DNA of 64,000 bases from positions 8,316,954 through 8,380,953 of the forward strand of contig CM120644.1 in the NCBI GenBank assembly GCA_051362555.1, written 5' to 3'. The position numbers were made by a program, and so were the translations under genes. The DNA is from Lingula anatina. Taxonomy: Eukaryota; Animalia; Brachiopoda. The notes under the pieces were generated by a model. The model was not told the origin of the DNA, searched no databases, and worked only from the letters and a program-made list of their open reading frames with translations. The first letter of the stretch is position 1. Each line of letters opens with the position of its first letter. This document shows, one piece after another, positions 38,317 through 51,967 of the stretch.

Positions 38317-40002
38317 TAACTGTAAGATATCCGTTCATTGAACTACGTATCGACAATATAACTCAAGTATAAAGTAGAAGGACATTGATAGGACACCCAA
38401 AATAAAATACATAGTTTGTGCTTATTACAGTTAAATCTCATCTTTAATGCACTCTCTCATTGTCTGGAACACATATATCACTTTTATTATTTGGTCCTCC
38501 AATGACCAACGCAATCTCCAGATCTGAACATCATTGAACATACATTGTGGGGCATACTCACGCGAGGATTACTGAAGGATAACTCTATTAAGGACACAAT
38601 TAGCTTAATTACGTATTACGAAACTGTCTCAACAAGTCATTTCTGAATCTGTACTACACGGAACCCAGCAACGCGAGAAGAAGGAACATTCATAGTGTTA
38701 CGTAAACATAGTGTGACTTAAACAACTACTTGACGTTCATATGAACAGTTTTCATTGACACTTACGTGTCTGCACCATACCATACTGGTATTTTAGTACG
38801 AAAGACCAATTCAAACATCGTATATGCTAAATATTTCCTTGCTGTAAGGAAGTATGACATTGCAGGCAAACATGTATTGTAAGGTATTTTTATCCTAATA
38901 TAATTGCCTTATTATCATAGCATATATAATATATTATATTTTAGTAGCATGCTGGCGTGCAACGGTGCCCATGGTTTATTGCATGCTTATTTTCTGTATA
39001 ACGCCACGCATTGCATTAGCTGTGACACTTGGCAGGGGTTCAGAAAAGACGACAAATAGCTATAAGTGATAGCTGTGCTCTATGATTATCAATAAACTGG
39101 AATGTTTCTACATTTGACTGGGAACACATTAAAGGCAACTTTTTAATAACGAGACAATGATAACATTTTCACTTCTCCCATCTTTGCAATGAATAGGAAA
39201 GGTGTACGAAAATAGCTAATGACCCTGATCATAGACCGTACTAGCTGTGAAAAAAGGAACGAGCAATGATAAACTGTGGTAGTTGAGACGACGTCCATTG
39301 CACACTGCACATTCCTAATAATCATTTTGTAATTTTTGAGTCAAGCTCAAGAGAGATCGTAAACCATATATTACTATCGATAAAGATTTTAACCGCAATA
39401 TGGACTGACTTTTAACTGGCATTAAATTCTGAATTCTAATAATAATAAGCTTTCTATTTTGTTCTACTTATCAGTGTGTGTACATTATTTTCTACAGTCC
39501 ACTGAATATTGGATTATATTATTATAACATTATATATCATTTCATTAATGTTCAGGCAGCTTACTTTAAGTGGTTATATACATACACATTTCGATAGAAA
39601 TGATGGAAATGCTTTGGTGCCAATATTGCATTTGGTGTTTGCATTAGGTACGTGTGCATGGTAACATTTTATTGAAAAATAGTGATACAACAAAAATCTT
39701 CAATTCGTTCAGATGGATTTATTTCATAGAAAGGTACAATGATACTACTCTAACATCTAACATGGTATAACATCCTTTTGGGTAACAGAAGATTTCTAAT
39801 TGCCTGTTGTCACCTCATCTCAAAGTTTGGTGAAAGGCAGTACAATACTAAAAAGTATGTTAAAAGGTACATTTAATATAAGGTCACAGATATACTATTT
39901 TGAAGTAGTCTTGTATTTTGAAGTAGTCTTTTATGCAATTCAACATGATCACTATGTCACTTCGTCCTTGTCTCCCTGATCCTGAGGGGGGGAGGGGGCA
40001 AA

Positions 40003-42925
40003 TTATGGACACAGAAAACGGACTTCGTAATCGTAGCAATATCCACTCCGCTGTTCGCTGTTGACACAGGCGAACCCTTCAGAGGGCGTGCACTTCACTC
40101 TGATCACTTGACCCGCCTGATCCCATGGCTGATTGGTTCCTCTGACGCGGCACTGGATATCAATTGGTTCATGACCGGAGCACTTAAAAAAAGGAAAGAA
40201 GACGCCTTTGTTACCATATGTCATATTTGTCACAATCATGACAAGGAAGTCGCGGTCTTTTGGAAACTGTACGCACAACCACGCACAAAGTTTAAAAATC
40301 ATTAATTTTAATTTTAAAAAAGTAAAACGTAACTGAAAGCAGAATTGTTTATTCTTTCTTTAGTTCTTTTTTATGTCATTGTGAATTTCTATTTCACTAG
40401 ACACAGTGTGTTTATTTGTCTTATTTTCATAGCTGTAATAAAGTAGGACTCCTGAAATGAACAAGGAAATGAATTAACGTAGGACAAGCTGGAAATTGTA
40501 AGGACTGGTCCAAGTTTACAAGTAAATACTTAATCCTCGATTTTCACAATATTGTAATAAAAGGTGTACATATATATGTTTTGATAGTCTTCGTGGCCAA
40601 TGACAATTTCAAATAGGATAATATGATGCAGCTGATTTATTAAAATATGACGGAAATTTCACACCTTTTCAAACATATAAACTGCCCTTCTTTGAGGAAC
40701 AAATGCACATTGTTGGTATAAAATCCCCGCCCACTTGGTCCTTTCTGACAATGCCATAGCCAAAGGTATAAACAATTTATACGACAAATTTGTAGCTAAA
40801 AAGCATCATTCCGGGAGCTATACTCCCCCAAAGTCAGTCAAAATTTTATCTTTTTCAGATGTAAAAATGGACACTGAATACTTAATTAAAATTTTAATAC
40901 TACCATATATAAGCTGAATTGCGCTCTATTCAAACCATTTTTACATGTACATTATTTTACGTTTTGGAAGGCCATTGTTTTTGCCAACTCTTTGCTCTAT
41001 TGTATGGAGGATGTAAGTGATATCATTTAATTTGATGTTGCTACCATCCCCCATCTTGTAACTTGTATTATATTCCATTTCGTCATTTTAATAAACGACA
41101 ATATCATTCATATTAACTTACCATAACATTAATATAACAAAAAAAAAACGTTAAGGTAACGTTATCAAACGTTTTGTGATTGCGTGGTAATACTTACCGG
41201 ATTATGTCCCGTTGTCCCCACGTGTTCCCAGTCCCCATTACCGCCTGGGTTATCTCTGTCCAACCAGGAAGTCCACGTTGCGCATGAGCACGAGCTACAA
41301 GTGCCTGGGAGATATAAATTTAAGTTATGCATAGAGAGGTGCAATAAGCACTGGGATACGCAATTTACTGTTACTTTGCCCAAGGCTACATGATTAGACC
41401 ACAGTAGCACCTAGAACACACACATTGCTTGGGGTGAAGAGAAGGAGAAAATGAACTAGTATTAGATCTCAGTCTCATTGGACCAACGAATGGTGGAGTG
41501 GTTGTATGTGGTGCATTTGTTCTGTCCACATTCGACAGTTTGTAATGCGACTTACATATGGTTGGGCATTTGAACTGCACTTGGTAGTCCTTGCAGTACT
41601 TCCCGTTGACTTCTGTAGTACAAATCAATCCATTCTCCCAGCTACAGTCATGGTTGGTATTGTACGTGTCTCCTGTTGCGTAATAATGGAGGTAGCTTAC
41701 TCTATCGCGGCAATGCGCGCACATCGGGCGACCACCACTGCAAAGGTTGACGCCATCATCCTGAAAAAAACAGATCTCAGTGAAAACAAAATCTAAGTTG
41801 TATATAATAACATAAAGACTTCACGACCGAAGTATGCACAAAGATCAAACAGAAATTCAAATAAACAGATTAAGTGCCATATCAGACACATGATCTACAC
41901 ATGGACATCACGTATCCTTACCCTAAAAGCCGCCACGTTTTCGAAGTCTCCATCGCCACCTGGGTTATCCCTATCTAAATAGCTTGTCCATGTTCCAGCT
42001 AAACAGAAGATTAAACAGAAGAAGGGATTCATTATGAAGATATTTTATGCCCAGTTAACCACACCACCATTTTAGAAATAGAAAGGAGATTATGCAAGTA
42101 ACGAGGCGGTAGATAAACTGCACTTTTTAGATATTTTTAGTGTAGTGCATACCTTCAAATTTAACAGTTCCTATAGCACTTACACGTTGTTGGGCACAAG
42201 TATCTTATCTCATAGTCATTGCAGTACCCGTCAGCCTGCTGGGAGTTGACACACGCTAGACCTTTGGTGGGTAAACAGTGAATCGCTAAGGTATCTGGAG
42301 CAGTTCCAGACCAGCGCGTGAACGTACTGGTTGATCCCTTCACGCGACACTCTGCCCCAATGGGTTTACATCCGCCACAGACGTAACCTAGTTTCTTAAT
42401 AATAAAAACAGATGGTGTATTTATGGAATATTTCATAAACTTCATAAACGTCTCACCCAGCAGGCATAGTTGCGTTGGATCAACGTTGAAAACAGGTTGA
42501 TACGTTGAATTGCCGTTGATCTACCTAAATTCAAAGTAAAATCAACGTTGATCCAGCCACGTCGAAACACCGTCATAATGTGACGCTGACTCAACGTTGT
42601 ATTTTGGTCAATGACACAACCTTGCAGTTATGGATTGTAATTTAAAATATTAATTGTTGAAAACGTGATACTTTGTTTATCAATACTGTAACTAAATTTA
42701 TCAATATAATAACAAAAGGGTTTTAAAGTAAAAGTGACAGTTGTTTTGTGTCTTTAGTTAACTAGCGAATTTTTCTTAACTTGTTATTCAGAAATACATT
42801 CCAATAAACTGAATTCCTTGCAAGGTCAGCTAACACTAGGATGAATAAGTTGCTGTAAATGTGATGGAGTTAACAGTTCTTGGTAACCTGTTATAGATAG
42901 ACAGGTTAAGGTGACTGTGACTTTG

Positions 42926-42997
<72 letters not shown>

Positions 42998-43010
42998 TTG
43001 TAGTTATCTT

Positions 43011-43071
<61 letters not shown>

Positions 43072-44656
43072 TAACCTTGGAAATTTTACCTTAAAAGCCA
43101 TACATTTATACCCTACATATATTTAGCCATCAAACATGTCCTACTGCTAAACACATCCAGACTAATTTCCTGCTGGGTGGGGTTGATATAACATTGTTTT
43201 CTGACGTTGATACAACGTTGTTATCTGAGGTTGACACAACTTTCAAATCCGACGTTTATCCAATGTCTTCTCAACGTTATGGTTCAACGTTGTTTCAACG
43301 TTAAAACAACATAATTTGCCCGCTGGGTCAATTTCACAGTAAGCCAGACAAAAATTACCCCTCCCCTTTTCTCGTTTTGATAATTTTTGTTAAACATATT
43401 TTCAGTTTTAAAATTTCTCATATATTTATTGATTGAACCCCCTTCTAGTTTCCCCCATATATACTAGCAAAAAAAACCATTTTATATCTATATATTTTAA
43501 TGGCCGCCAAAACCATAACATTGTGCCAATTGCAATACGAAATAACCTGACCCCTGTCCAGATCGGAAAGCCGTGACATGATATGTCAACATGGAATTCA
43601 GTCCCCCAAACGCGGCTCTCAGTTTTCTGTGTCCACTGGCATTGATTGTGTACAACTGATTTCTGCAAGACTTTTGTCCTAATTTGTGTTCAGCATATCA
43701 GTACTCTATTGCGCACGGAGGACTGAAATGGTCTTATGTAACTGAGAACAGTAACCATACTAACATGTGCATATTTGGGCATTTTGAAGCACTGTGGTGA
43801 GTATATCTATAACAGCTTAAAATCAGTTTTCCTCACCTTTTGATCATACAAAGTTTCATAATCCCCATTACCACCGGGGTTGTCTCGATCATACCAGGTG
43901 GTCCAATAGTGACCTGGAGAGAGAAATACCTTATAATTAACACAAGTAAGATAATTCTGAAAAACACTTCTCAGATTGAAATTATCGAATATAGAGCATT
44001 CTTTGCAAACTTAACAATGTTGCACCATTTTATAGTATTATTTTATTTCGTTGGTCTACAAATGCAGTTTTGGGGTAGGGGTAGCACTATCATGTATAAC
44101 TACCGGCCTTTTAATAAACCAAAAACCTTCTACATTTCCATTAAGTCACCCAATCTGAGGTAAACATACACATAAGCATACATGTAGGAACTTCATACAT
44201 GTATATTTTTTCTTTGAATTTCAATATTTGGCCTAAATCAGCAAGACAAATCATATTCACACCCATGCACAATGTTACGTGCTGTACATCGGTTCTAAAA
44301 TTCTAAGTTTCCTATCTGTACTGCAGATACGAGCCGGTGAATTAAACTAGTTATTACGAGTTCAGAACTTCAAGGCAAAAAATCCTCCCAAAGTTTTTGT
44401 TTAGAGAATATCACCATAATAAATCCTTTATTGCTGATATTTCCAAGAAAATTGTTTAGTTACATAATGGTCTAACGCGCATTATTAGCCATTTCGCAAC
44501 AATTTTAAATTGTCACACGTGTTGACAATCAACACATGGCATGAAATTATAAATGTATGTATACGGAGATGTACAGATATATACAAAGCGAACCGTCTTA
44601 CCTTGTATAGAATTCAAAGTCAGCAAACAAGAAAGCACAAACAGCGCCAAATTCAT
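40003..44656 (-). CDS. Triple WxxW/CysD-domain secreted protein, copy D (303 aa)
   Basis: Exons: 44656-44602 ([19 protein letters not shown]), 43913-43837, 42394-42184, 41998-41922, 41760-41556, 41304-41198, 40182-40003. Open frame, 912 nt. AATAAA at 39723-39718. Confidence 0.92.
42456..43327. mobile_element. CCCAG-ended (CMC/EnSpm-like) non-autonomous element in a copy D intron
   Basis: TIR CCCAGCAGGCA / TGCCCGCTGGG; TCA duplicated on both sides; many subterminal CAACGTTG motifs; central (TA)n. Empty site TCTCAATT in copy A (~8311). Confidence 0.88.
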
Positions 44657-44931
44657 GTTATACCTGAAAAGTGTAGCAATATTCAGGCTGAAAGGCAATT
44701 TAATATGTCAGTCTTTGATATATAAACATGCCATTTTATCATCATATAATTGTTTTGTGAATTTTCCGATTCAAATCGTAAAATAATATGCTTTGGAAAT
44801 GTTTATCCTTCATTGCAATAACTAAGATAAAGCCATGAAAAATAATTACTAAGTTATAAAAAATGATAAAAGAAATACCAATGACTGTTAATTTTCAAAA
44901 TGTAAATTGGTAAAGCTGTCCACTTTCTCAC

Positions 44932-45032
44932 CTCTATGGCACACCCACGTCGAGATTCCAATGAAAGATGAGCTTGGTCTTGGTCTAACAGCGTCCTCTG
45001 ACGAATTATCTCAGATAACGCCAATTTATATA
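44932..45032 (-). promoter_or_regulatory. Core promoter and non-coding exon 1 of copy D
   Basis: TATATAAA at 45032-45025; donor GAG|GTGAG at 44931. Confidence 0.7.
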
Positions 45033-48000
45033 CGTACACGGGTACGTGCAAGTAGTAACTAGGTGTAAAACCCTCCATAGTAACTGAAAAACAATTCGGG
45101 TCAATTTGAATTAAAAAGACGTCATTTTATTTATTAGGGTCTAGACCTATTCATCAGAATGTAATTAATTTTAATTCATAAGATCCTTTCTTTGACAAAC
45201 ATTAAATTGTGTAAAACTCATGCTAAAGAACAAATGACACGTCATACCCTGGATTTCAGCCGCCTAAAGAGGCAAAATCATCTTCTAACCCACATCTCGT
45301 TAGTTGTCGGTCTTTTTCGACCCTATGGTCAGGCCAGAAAATCAGGTCAGTCAATCCAATGGTCAATGCTCGTAATTCATTAGTATTTAAATGTCTTTGG
45401 CAATTACAATTTAATGTTTTAGTTTCAGCTGTTTGTGTTATTTCGAATAAACTTTCAGAAAAAATATTTATAGAGTCTGTTGTCATTTGCAAACAAACAA
45501 AGTTAGTATAGAAATAAATGAACCTATTTCTGGTCACACAATCCTTGAACTTTTGAATAGTGTGAGGGGCTCGGCAAGAACGTCGGAGATCATAAGTTGC
45601 GAGCGTATATGATCAAGTGAAGATTGTGATTCCTTCGCAAACCACATTGCAAACACATGTTGGGAACGGGCTCTCTCGAGTATAAGGATCCCGGGGTTTA
45701 CTGAAATGTGATTGGCTCGTCGAGATGGGAGGTTTGTCAGAAGATTCCATAGCCAGCTGAATGTTGCAGGGGTACCTAAGAAAACAAGATTATCTTCCTC
45801 TGAAACGAAACCCAGGGTGCAGCGCTAACATTTTATACTCGCTAAGGACGTAAGAAGAATACTAATCAATATTGCGGGTATTGAATATGTGCACCCACAC
45901 AACAAACTCCAAACCGAAAGTTTTAATTCCCATGATTTCGAAATGGTTTCTTTATTAATACTGGTTACTCCTACTTTACATTGCTCCGTCAGGCACTGGT
46001 ACACATTAATGATGGTGAACTGCAGACTATGATTGTACATCCTTACGTTATAAAGACTTTGCTTTCCAAAGTAGAGAATAGAAGCATTGAGAAAATAGCC
46101 GTGAATTCTCCATTATGGGGAAAAATGTAACCTTTCTAATAGATAGATAGATAGGTTTATCTAGTATTTTGAAAATATACCGACATGTTTTCTTCTGTTG
46201 CTACAAGAAACCCAGCAACACGAAAAGAACGCGCATCCATAATGTTTCACTGACATAAACAACTGCTTGAAATTAAAATGATTTGTCTACACTGGCAACG
46301 TAACGTGCATGTAACATACCTTTAAGGTGTTTAATGCCTTCGTTGTGATTCATAATAAATCACATTAACACAACTGCACTAGCTGGAAACTTTTAACTGT
46401 TTTTTAATCCGTCTCTTAGTGCATATGCTGTGATATATTCCTTATTTATTAATCACACATCCTCTCAGACATCCTACATCTCGCCACACGGTGCTGTCAA
46501 TGCACAATGTGACAAGGAAGAGTTCCAGCTGGTATATCTGACAATGCAGTAAATCTGTTTTGATTCGATTATTCCACCGCACAAATTGTTTAAGATAAGT
46601 GTCAACAAATCTATGCACAAACTTAATACTATTTATAGGCATAACGAGCTTGCTCTCACTTTATGAAAATATCTCAACAAGTGCGGTTTTTCTGTTGGTA
46701 CAGGAAACCCAGGGACGCCAAGAAAACATGTATCCATATTGCTTCACTGACAACTACCTGAAAATAGAGTAGTTTACTTTGACAACGTGAAGTAGCAGGA
46801 GTATATCATTAAGGTATTTTAGTACGACAGACTAATGTACGCTCATGTTAAATAGTTCCTTATTGTACCAATTAGAAGAAGGAAGTGTGGCGCTGAGGGC
46901 ATACACTTAGTTACCTTTGCTTCTGAAGGATTATTTTCACAATTAATTGTTCTCACTGTCATAATAGATAAATCAAATTTTATAATCTACTGGCGGGCAG
47001 AGGTGTTTTATGTTGCAAAAATGATACATTTTGAATAACGTGTGACAGGACTGTCAAGATTAAGGTTTAACTTTTAGGTACACTAGCCTCTTCCAGAGGC
47101 CAGCTGATTATGTCAGTTCTATGCACAAAGCACGCATCTTAATCTCGCATCATGAAACTATCTTAACAAGTCATGTGAATTTGTTCTACATGAAAACCCA
47201 GCAACGTGAAGAGAACGTACATCCATGGTGTTTCGTAAACACTTAAACAACTATTTGAAATTAAAATGAAAGTTTTACACTGGCATAATTACTGGTCTTC
47301 AGCAAATCATAGAAGTATATTAGTACGACAGACCAATTTAAACATCAATATGCTAAATATTTCCTAAATATTGATAAGTACACAGACACATCGGCTCAGA
47401 AAGTTCCTTTTAAATACAGTGACGCATCTACAGTAAACAAGGACATGTGCCAAGATCCTCAGTTGAAAAAGGAGGCAATGAAAGTGCTATCAACATTTTA
47501 AAACTTGTTATAACACATTATGTTACCATGAGGACGTCCTAAAAACAAGTCCCATTGTTTTCAGATGCATTCATTGATTCCATTGCTCATAGGTATTTGA
47601 AATAGTCGGAAATATGCCACTGTATAAATGGGTTGAACATGTTATTGTATAATAAATGTAAGACATATGAAGTCAAAAGACCATAAACATATGACATCAT
47701 AACTTGGAATTTATAGAAGAGTACGTGTTAGCTAGAATTAAAATTTAATTACCAATTTAATTACCAATTATGCAACAGGAGACACGTATAATACCAATTC
47801 CTGTACCTACCGGATTAAAGCCCGTTGGTCCCACGTGCTCAGCGTCTCCGTTACCGCTGGGGTTGTCTCTGTCCATCCAGGGAGTCCATTTAGCGCATGC
47901 AGGACACGTGCCTGTAAGATATACATACACACATATAAAAGGGAAATTTCTCCACGGCATTGTGAATGAGCAAGTACGTAGATACGGGGGGTCATGGACA

Positions 48001-49766
48001 AGAGAAAGATGGCATGGATCTGCAATGCATGGTTTGCTGATGCACTCTGTCACTTACGAAAGTGTCACACGACTTACCTATGTTTGGACATTTAAAATTC
48101 ACCTCGTAGTCCTTGCAGGTCTTCCCGTTGACGTCGCTAGTACAGACCAAGCCATTCTCCCAGCTACAGTCGTGGTCGGTATTATACGTGTCTCCTGTTG
48201 CATAATAATGGTAGTGGGTGTCTCTGTCGCGACAACGGGCACACATTGGGAGACCACCAATGCATAGATTGACACTGTCATTAACCTGATATATGAGAAT
48301 CAAACTTATGAATCTTTTCACCTATATTAACAGACATCGAACAAAAAAAATAGAAGAGACAGAAACAGATTCATTGACATCTAGGCAAGAAAGTTGACTA
48401 AGTGGTAGACCAGTTCTACAGAAATCCCTGCAATTTTCACCGAAACAATAGGGACGGGCAGGGGGGATCTGACCAAATAGCACACCATAGTGAGTGATAG
48501 ATTGTCACAGCTACCACAACCTCATTCCCTGATGATGTCTGAATGCAAGCAGACGAAATGTTGGCTGGTAAGACCAGACAAATATAAGTATCTACAGACA
48601 AAAGAATCTTTACAAGTCTAGATAAAGTCTGTGAATGAACTGAAGCCAAGCACAGAGACAGGTGACAGTAGCAAAAAATAGCACGTAATTCTCACCCTGA
48701 AAGCCTCAACGTTCTCCCAGTCACCACTACCGCTTGGGTTATCCCTATCTAAGTAGTTTGTCCATGTGCCACCTGCATTAAAGAATGAAGAAATATATTA
48801 TGACTATGGATGATGTCCATTTAACAATATTCGTTGTCCCTGCGATAAAAAAGGAGATTAAGAAAAGATAATGGTGCAGTAGTTCAAGGCCTCCCTGAAA
48901 AAGTAGAGGTTTCAAAAAGAGGGGAATTTCTCGTAGTAATGAAGATCACGCCTACCACAATCCCCACACAACTTACTTGTACTTGGGCACAAGTATCTTA
49001 TCTCATAGTCTGCGCAGTATCCGTCGGCTTGCTGGGAGTTGCGACACACCAGACCTTGTGTTGGTAAACAGTGGACCTCCAATATATCTGGAGCTTTTCC
49101 GGACCAGCGAGTGAACGTACTGGTTGACCCCTTCACGCGACACTCCGCCGTGATGGGTTTACATCCGCAACAGACGTAATCTAGTTTCTAAAATAAAGTG
49201 GCAGATCAATTTGAATTTTTACGTCTTAATTGACCACTCTATTGGCAGAGGTTCCCCACGTTACCCCTTGCGAACGCTCGATCTCTTCCTCTCGTTTTCA
49301 TTCTTGCAGTCTCATTTTGATATTGCTTTACATTTTTCGAATTCCAGTGTATTGAAGAATGATCTCACCCAACAAAGTTACATTCATACATTTATTTTAG
49401 CCTTTCCTATAATACCCCCGTCACACTTATTCGGTATCAGCAGGAATGAAGAAGAATGAGCCTGAACGAAGATTTCTTAAAATTCGCACCACGTTCGGGG
49501 AAAAAATTCAAATTGACCTTAATTATTGTAAGGGTACCGTTGGAATACTCAGAATGCGCTTGAATGATGAGTGCACTTTCGACTGTATTAGCTCTCAAAA
49601 GCAGTTCGAATGTAGTTGGAAAAGTAGGAATATTTATAATGCTGTAAGAAGGCAGTAAGAATATTTAGAATAGACTTTGAACGGCGCACTAGTGTAGTTC
49701 GATTGCTGACAACATTAATATTTCAGCTCATCCGAGGCACATTCGAAACATTCTGGCGGGATATAA

Positions 49767-50210
49767 AATCCCCGTCACACTAGAGGCGGTATGATTAAGA
49801 ATGGCGTGTGAAATACAATTCTTTGTGCATTCCAGGATATTCGAAGAGCATTCTAAAAACATTCTAAAAATTCTGAGCGCATTCCAAATATTTTTACCCA
49901 TTCTTGTGGCCGGCTCGAATGTTTTTGTCATGTCAAAAACTTTCGAAGTGCATTCCAAGAGGAAATTTATCGCAATGTCCCTACAGTATTCCAACTACAT
50001 TCGAGCTGCATTTGAGAGGTAATATACCTGGAATGTGCAAGAATCATTCCAGGCGGGTTCGATGTGCATTCTTAGTATTCCAGAGGCATTCTCACAAAGC
50101 CGTAATGTTTTATGATAATTTGAAATTCCCTCCCAAATATGGTACGATTTTTTTAATTTAGTAATTCCGGCTTGATTCCTACTGATTTCGAATAAGTTTG
50201 ACGGGGGCTT
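49767..50210. mobile_element. Short relative of the same Harbinger family, inserted in opposite orientation
   Basis: Its left ~200 bp match the reverse complement of 52500-52706. Its right end CGAATAAGTTTGACGGGGGC matches the reverse complement of the host's left end. Flanks are TAA-like; boundary uncertain by 1 bp. Confidence 0.8.
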
Positions 50211-50767
50211 TAAGTCACTTGTCAGTTCGAATATTCCTCTAATGTGATCAGAATGTTTCGAATGCTGTCGGAATGCCTTGAGAATATTTAGAATGCAGTC
50301 ATACAGTGCCGCCGGAATATCCCCTTACCAAATGGCCGTATGGTTTCCCAACCCTGCCCCATATGGTCGAACAATAGAGGCCGTATGATAATTACAGGGT
50401 AGGGGAATCCCCAAGCAATCCTTATCGGACACCCAAATTAGTCGGTTCAACGAACACGGTCTGCCCCTTCTTATTTGCCTCACTTAAGGTTTCTATTATA
50501 GCTGATGCAAAGAGATTGCTATCGACACGAGCAAACAATACCGGGTTATGTATCAACTGCAACAGAAGACTCGAGTAAAGGCAAGTCAAATATTAGAACA
50601 AAACTCTGAAGAACAAATTAGGCTTAGTTTTAAAACACGTATAACAATTTTATTTGATGATAATAAGTCACGATCAACAAAAGCGTAGTTAAAATGGAAA
50701 ATTTTAAATAGCTAATACATCAAATAAATATCAATGTCTCATTACCTTTATTACATGTGTTGCTAGT

Positions 50768-51106
50768 TTAGTAGCCTGATGCACGACCTTCTCTCTCAAG
50801 TACCGCTGAAATCACCTACTTTATGTGATTTATATATTTATTACTGTATAATACACTTTTCTGCGTTAATATGGTCATCTCCTCGTCTATAACGATCATG
50901 TGGAGCAGGTCAACCTTTGAGGGACGTCCACTTCGTGGCTTATCTGCAATACCAAGCCCTTCGTCGTATTTCTTTAACGCATAGTAAATGGCTTGTCGCG
51001 ACACTTTATGGCCTTCATTTGCCATTTGTGCGGTTATGTTTTAAATTTGCACCCCTTGTTCTCGGAGGGCGATGATACGCAGACGCACGTAATCGCTAAA
51101 AGGCAT
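50768..51106 (-). pseudogene. Tc1-like transposase remnant (HTH N-terminus and extreme C-terminus; catalytic core deleted)
   Basis: MPFSDYVRLRIIALREQGCKFK, a frameshift, then AQMANEGHKVSRQAIYYALKKYDEGLGIADKPRSGRPSK (HTH plus GRP linker). After an AG acceptor comes VISAVLEREGRASGY* (cf. AVI..KGG.TKY). Confidence 0.8.
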
Positions 51107-51555
51107 CTTGGAATTGTGATGATTTGGAAAATTTGAGTGTCGATTTATACCGTTCACTTGGCAGGTGACACGATGGCATGGAAATCAGTGACATAAACAT
51201 GTCATATTAAACAAAATACTTATTGGCCATTTAGGAAGTCCAGATACACAAACAATCCTGTTGACACGTGTCAGTTGATTTAGAATTATGTGCAATTGAT
51301 TAGTTCGGATTGAAGAGCGTCATCGCAATGTTAACATTAATTTTAGACGACGCGTGTCACACAGTAGTGATTATGTAATAGTCAGGGCTTAATCACTGTG
51401 TTTACCCAGCATGAATAAAGCTAACCTGAACTGATTGTTAATTAATGTGAGATGACACGTGCCAACCAGTGAAGTTAGCCCGAGAGATTGTAATCCATTT
51501 TTTAAATTAATTTCTTTTGATGCGTTTAAGTATGAAGAAGGCTTTTGGTTAAGTT

Positions 51556-51967
51556 TTGGCTTTAGATCGTAAAGATGAACTGAATTACATATCAAACAAT
51601 GATAGAGAAACAGTTCCTACTTTGTGTCCTACAGAATCAAGGAATCAGTCTTTCGGCCGGCCACCCGTCGCCTTGTCAAATAAAGAAATATTCGAAATTC
51701 GACAACGGGCCAGTTCCCCAGGCAACTTTTGCATTCAGTTGTTGGGAAGGTTGTTTACGATTGATGAACGAATACGAAAGGACAGAAATGTTACGGGTGT
51801 AGATGGGAGAGATTCTATATGCAAATAAAGTCTGAACTATATTAAAGATATGGCTAACAAAATGGTTATCACTGAAACAACTGACAAATCTTTTTTGGAA
51901 ATAAATGCATTTCGTCTATGCACAAAACTAATAGAAATATAAGGACATACTATAAAAGTAAATTTTG
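51556..51967 (+). pseudogene. BEN-domain-like ORF relic inside the Tc1-like element
   Basis: EIRQRASSPGNFCIQLLGRLFTIDERIRKDRNVTGVDGRDSICK*SLNYIKDMANKM...FW..KCISSMHKTNR resembles the BEN pattern (F...LL..LF..EE....N..G...LD...L..I....W..C...I...R). Contains one stop and frameshifts. Confidence 0.65.

Noticed and set aside
40970-41110. D-specific intronic insert ending near AATAAA
   Set aside because: It could be a retroelement 3' end, but there is no TSD or tail to support a call.
39075-43913. Copy D as an uncollapsed allele of copy A
   Set aside because: The two have different 5' halves, neighbours, TE insertions and many substitutions. Paralogy is more likely, though read depth is needed for certainty.
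6827-50411. Other kB-like 10-mers (~6827, ~47941, ~48921, ~50402)
   Set aside because: They are isolated, intronic or inside TEs, and a few such matches are expected by chance in 64 kb.
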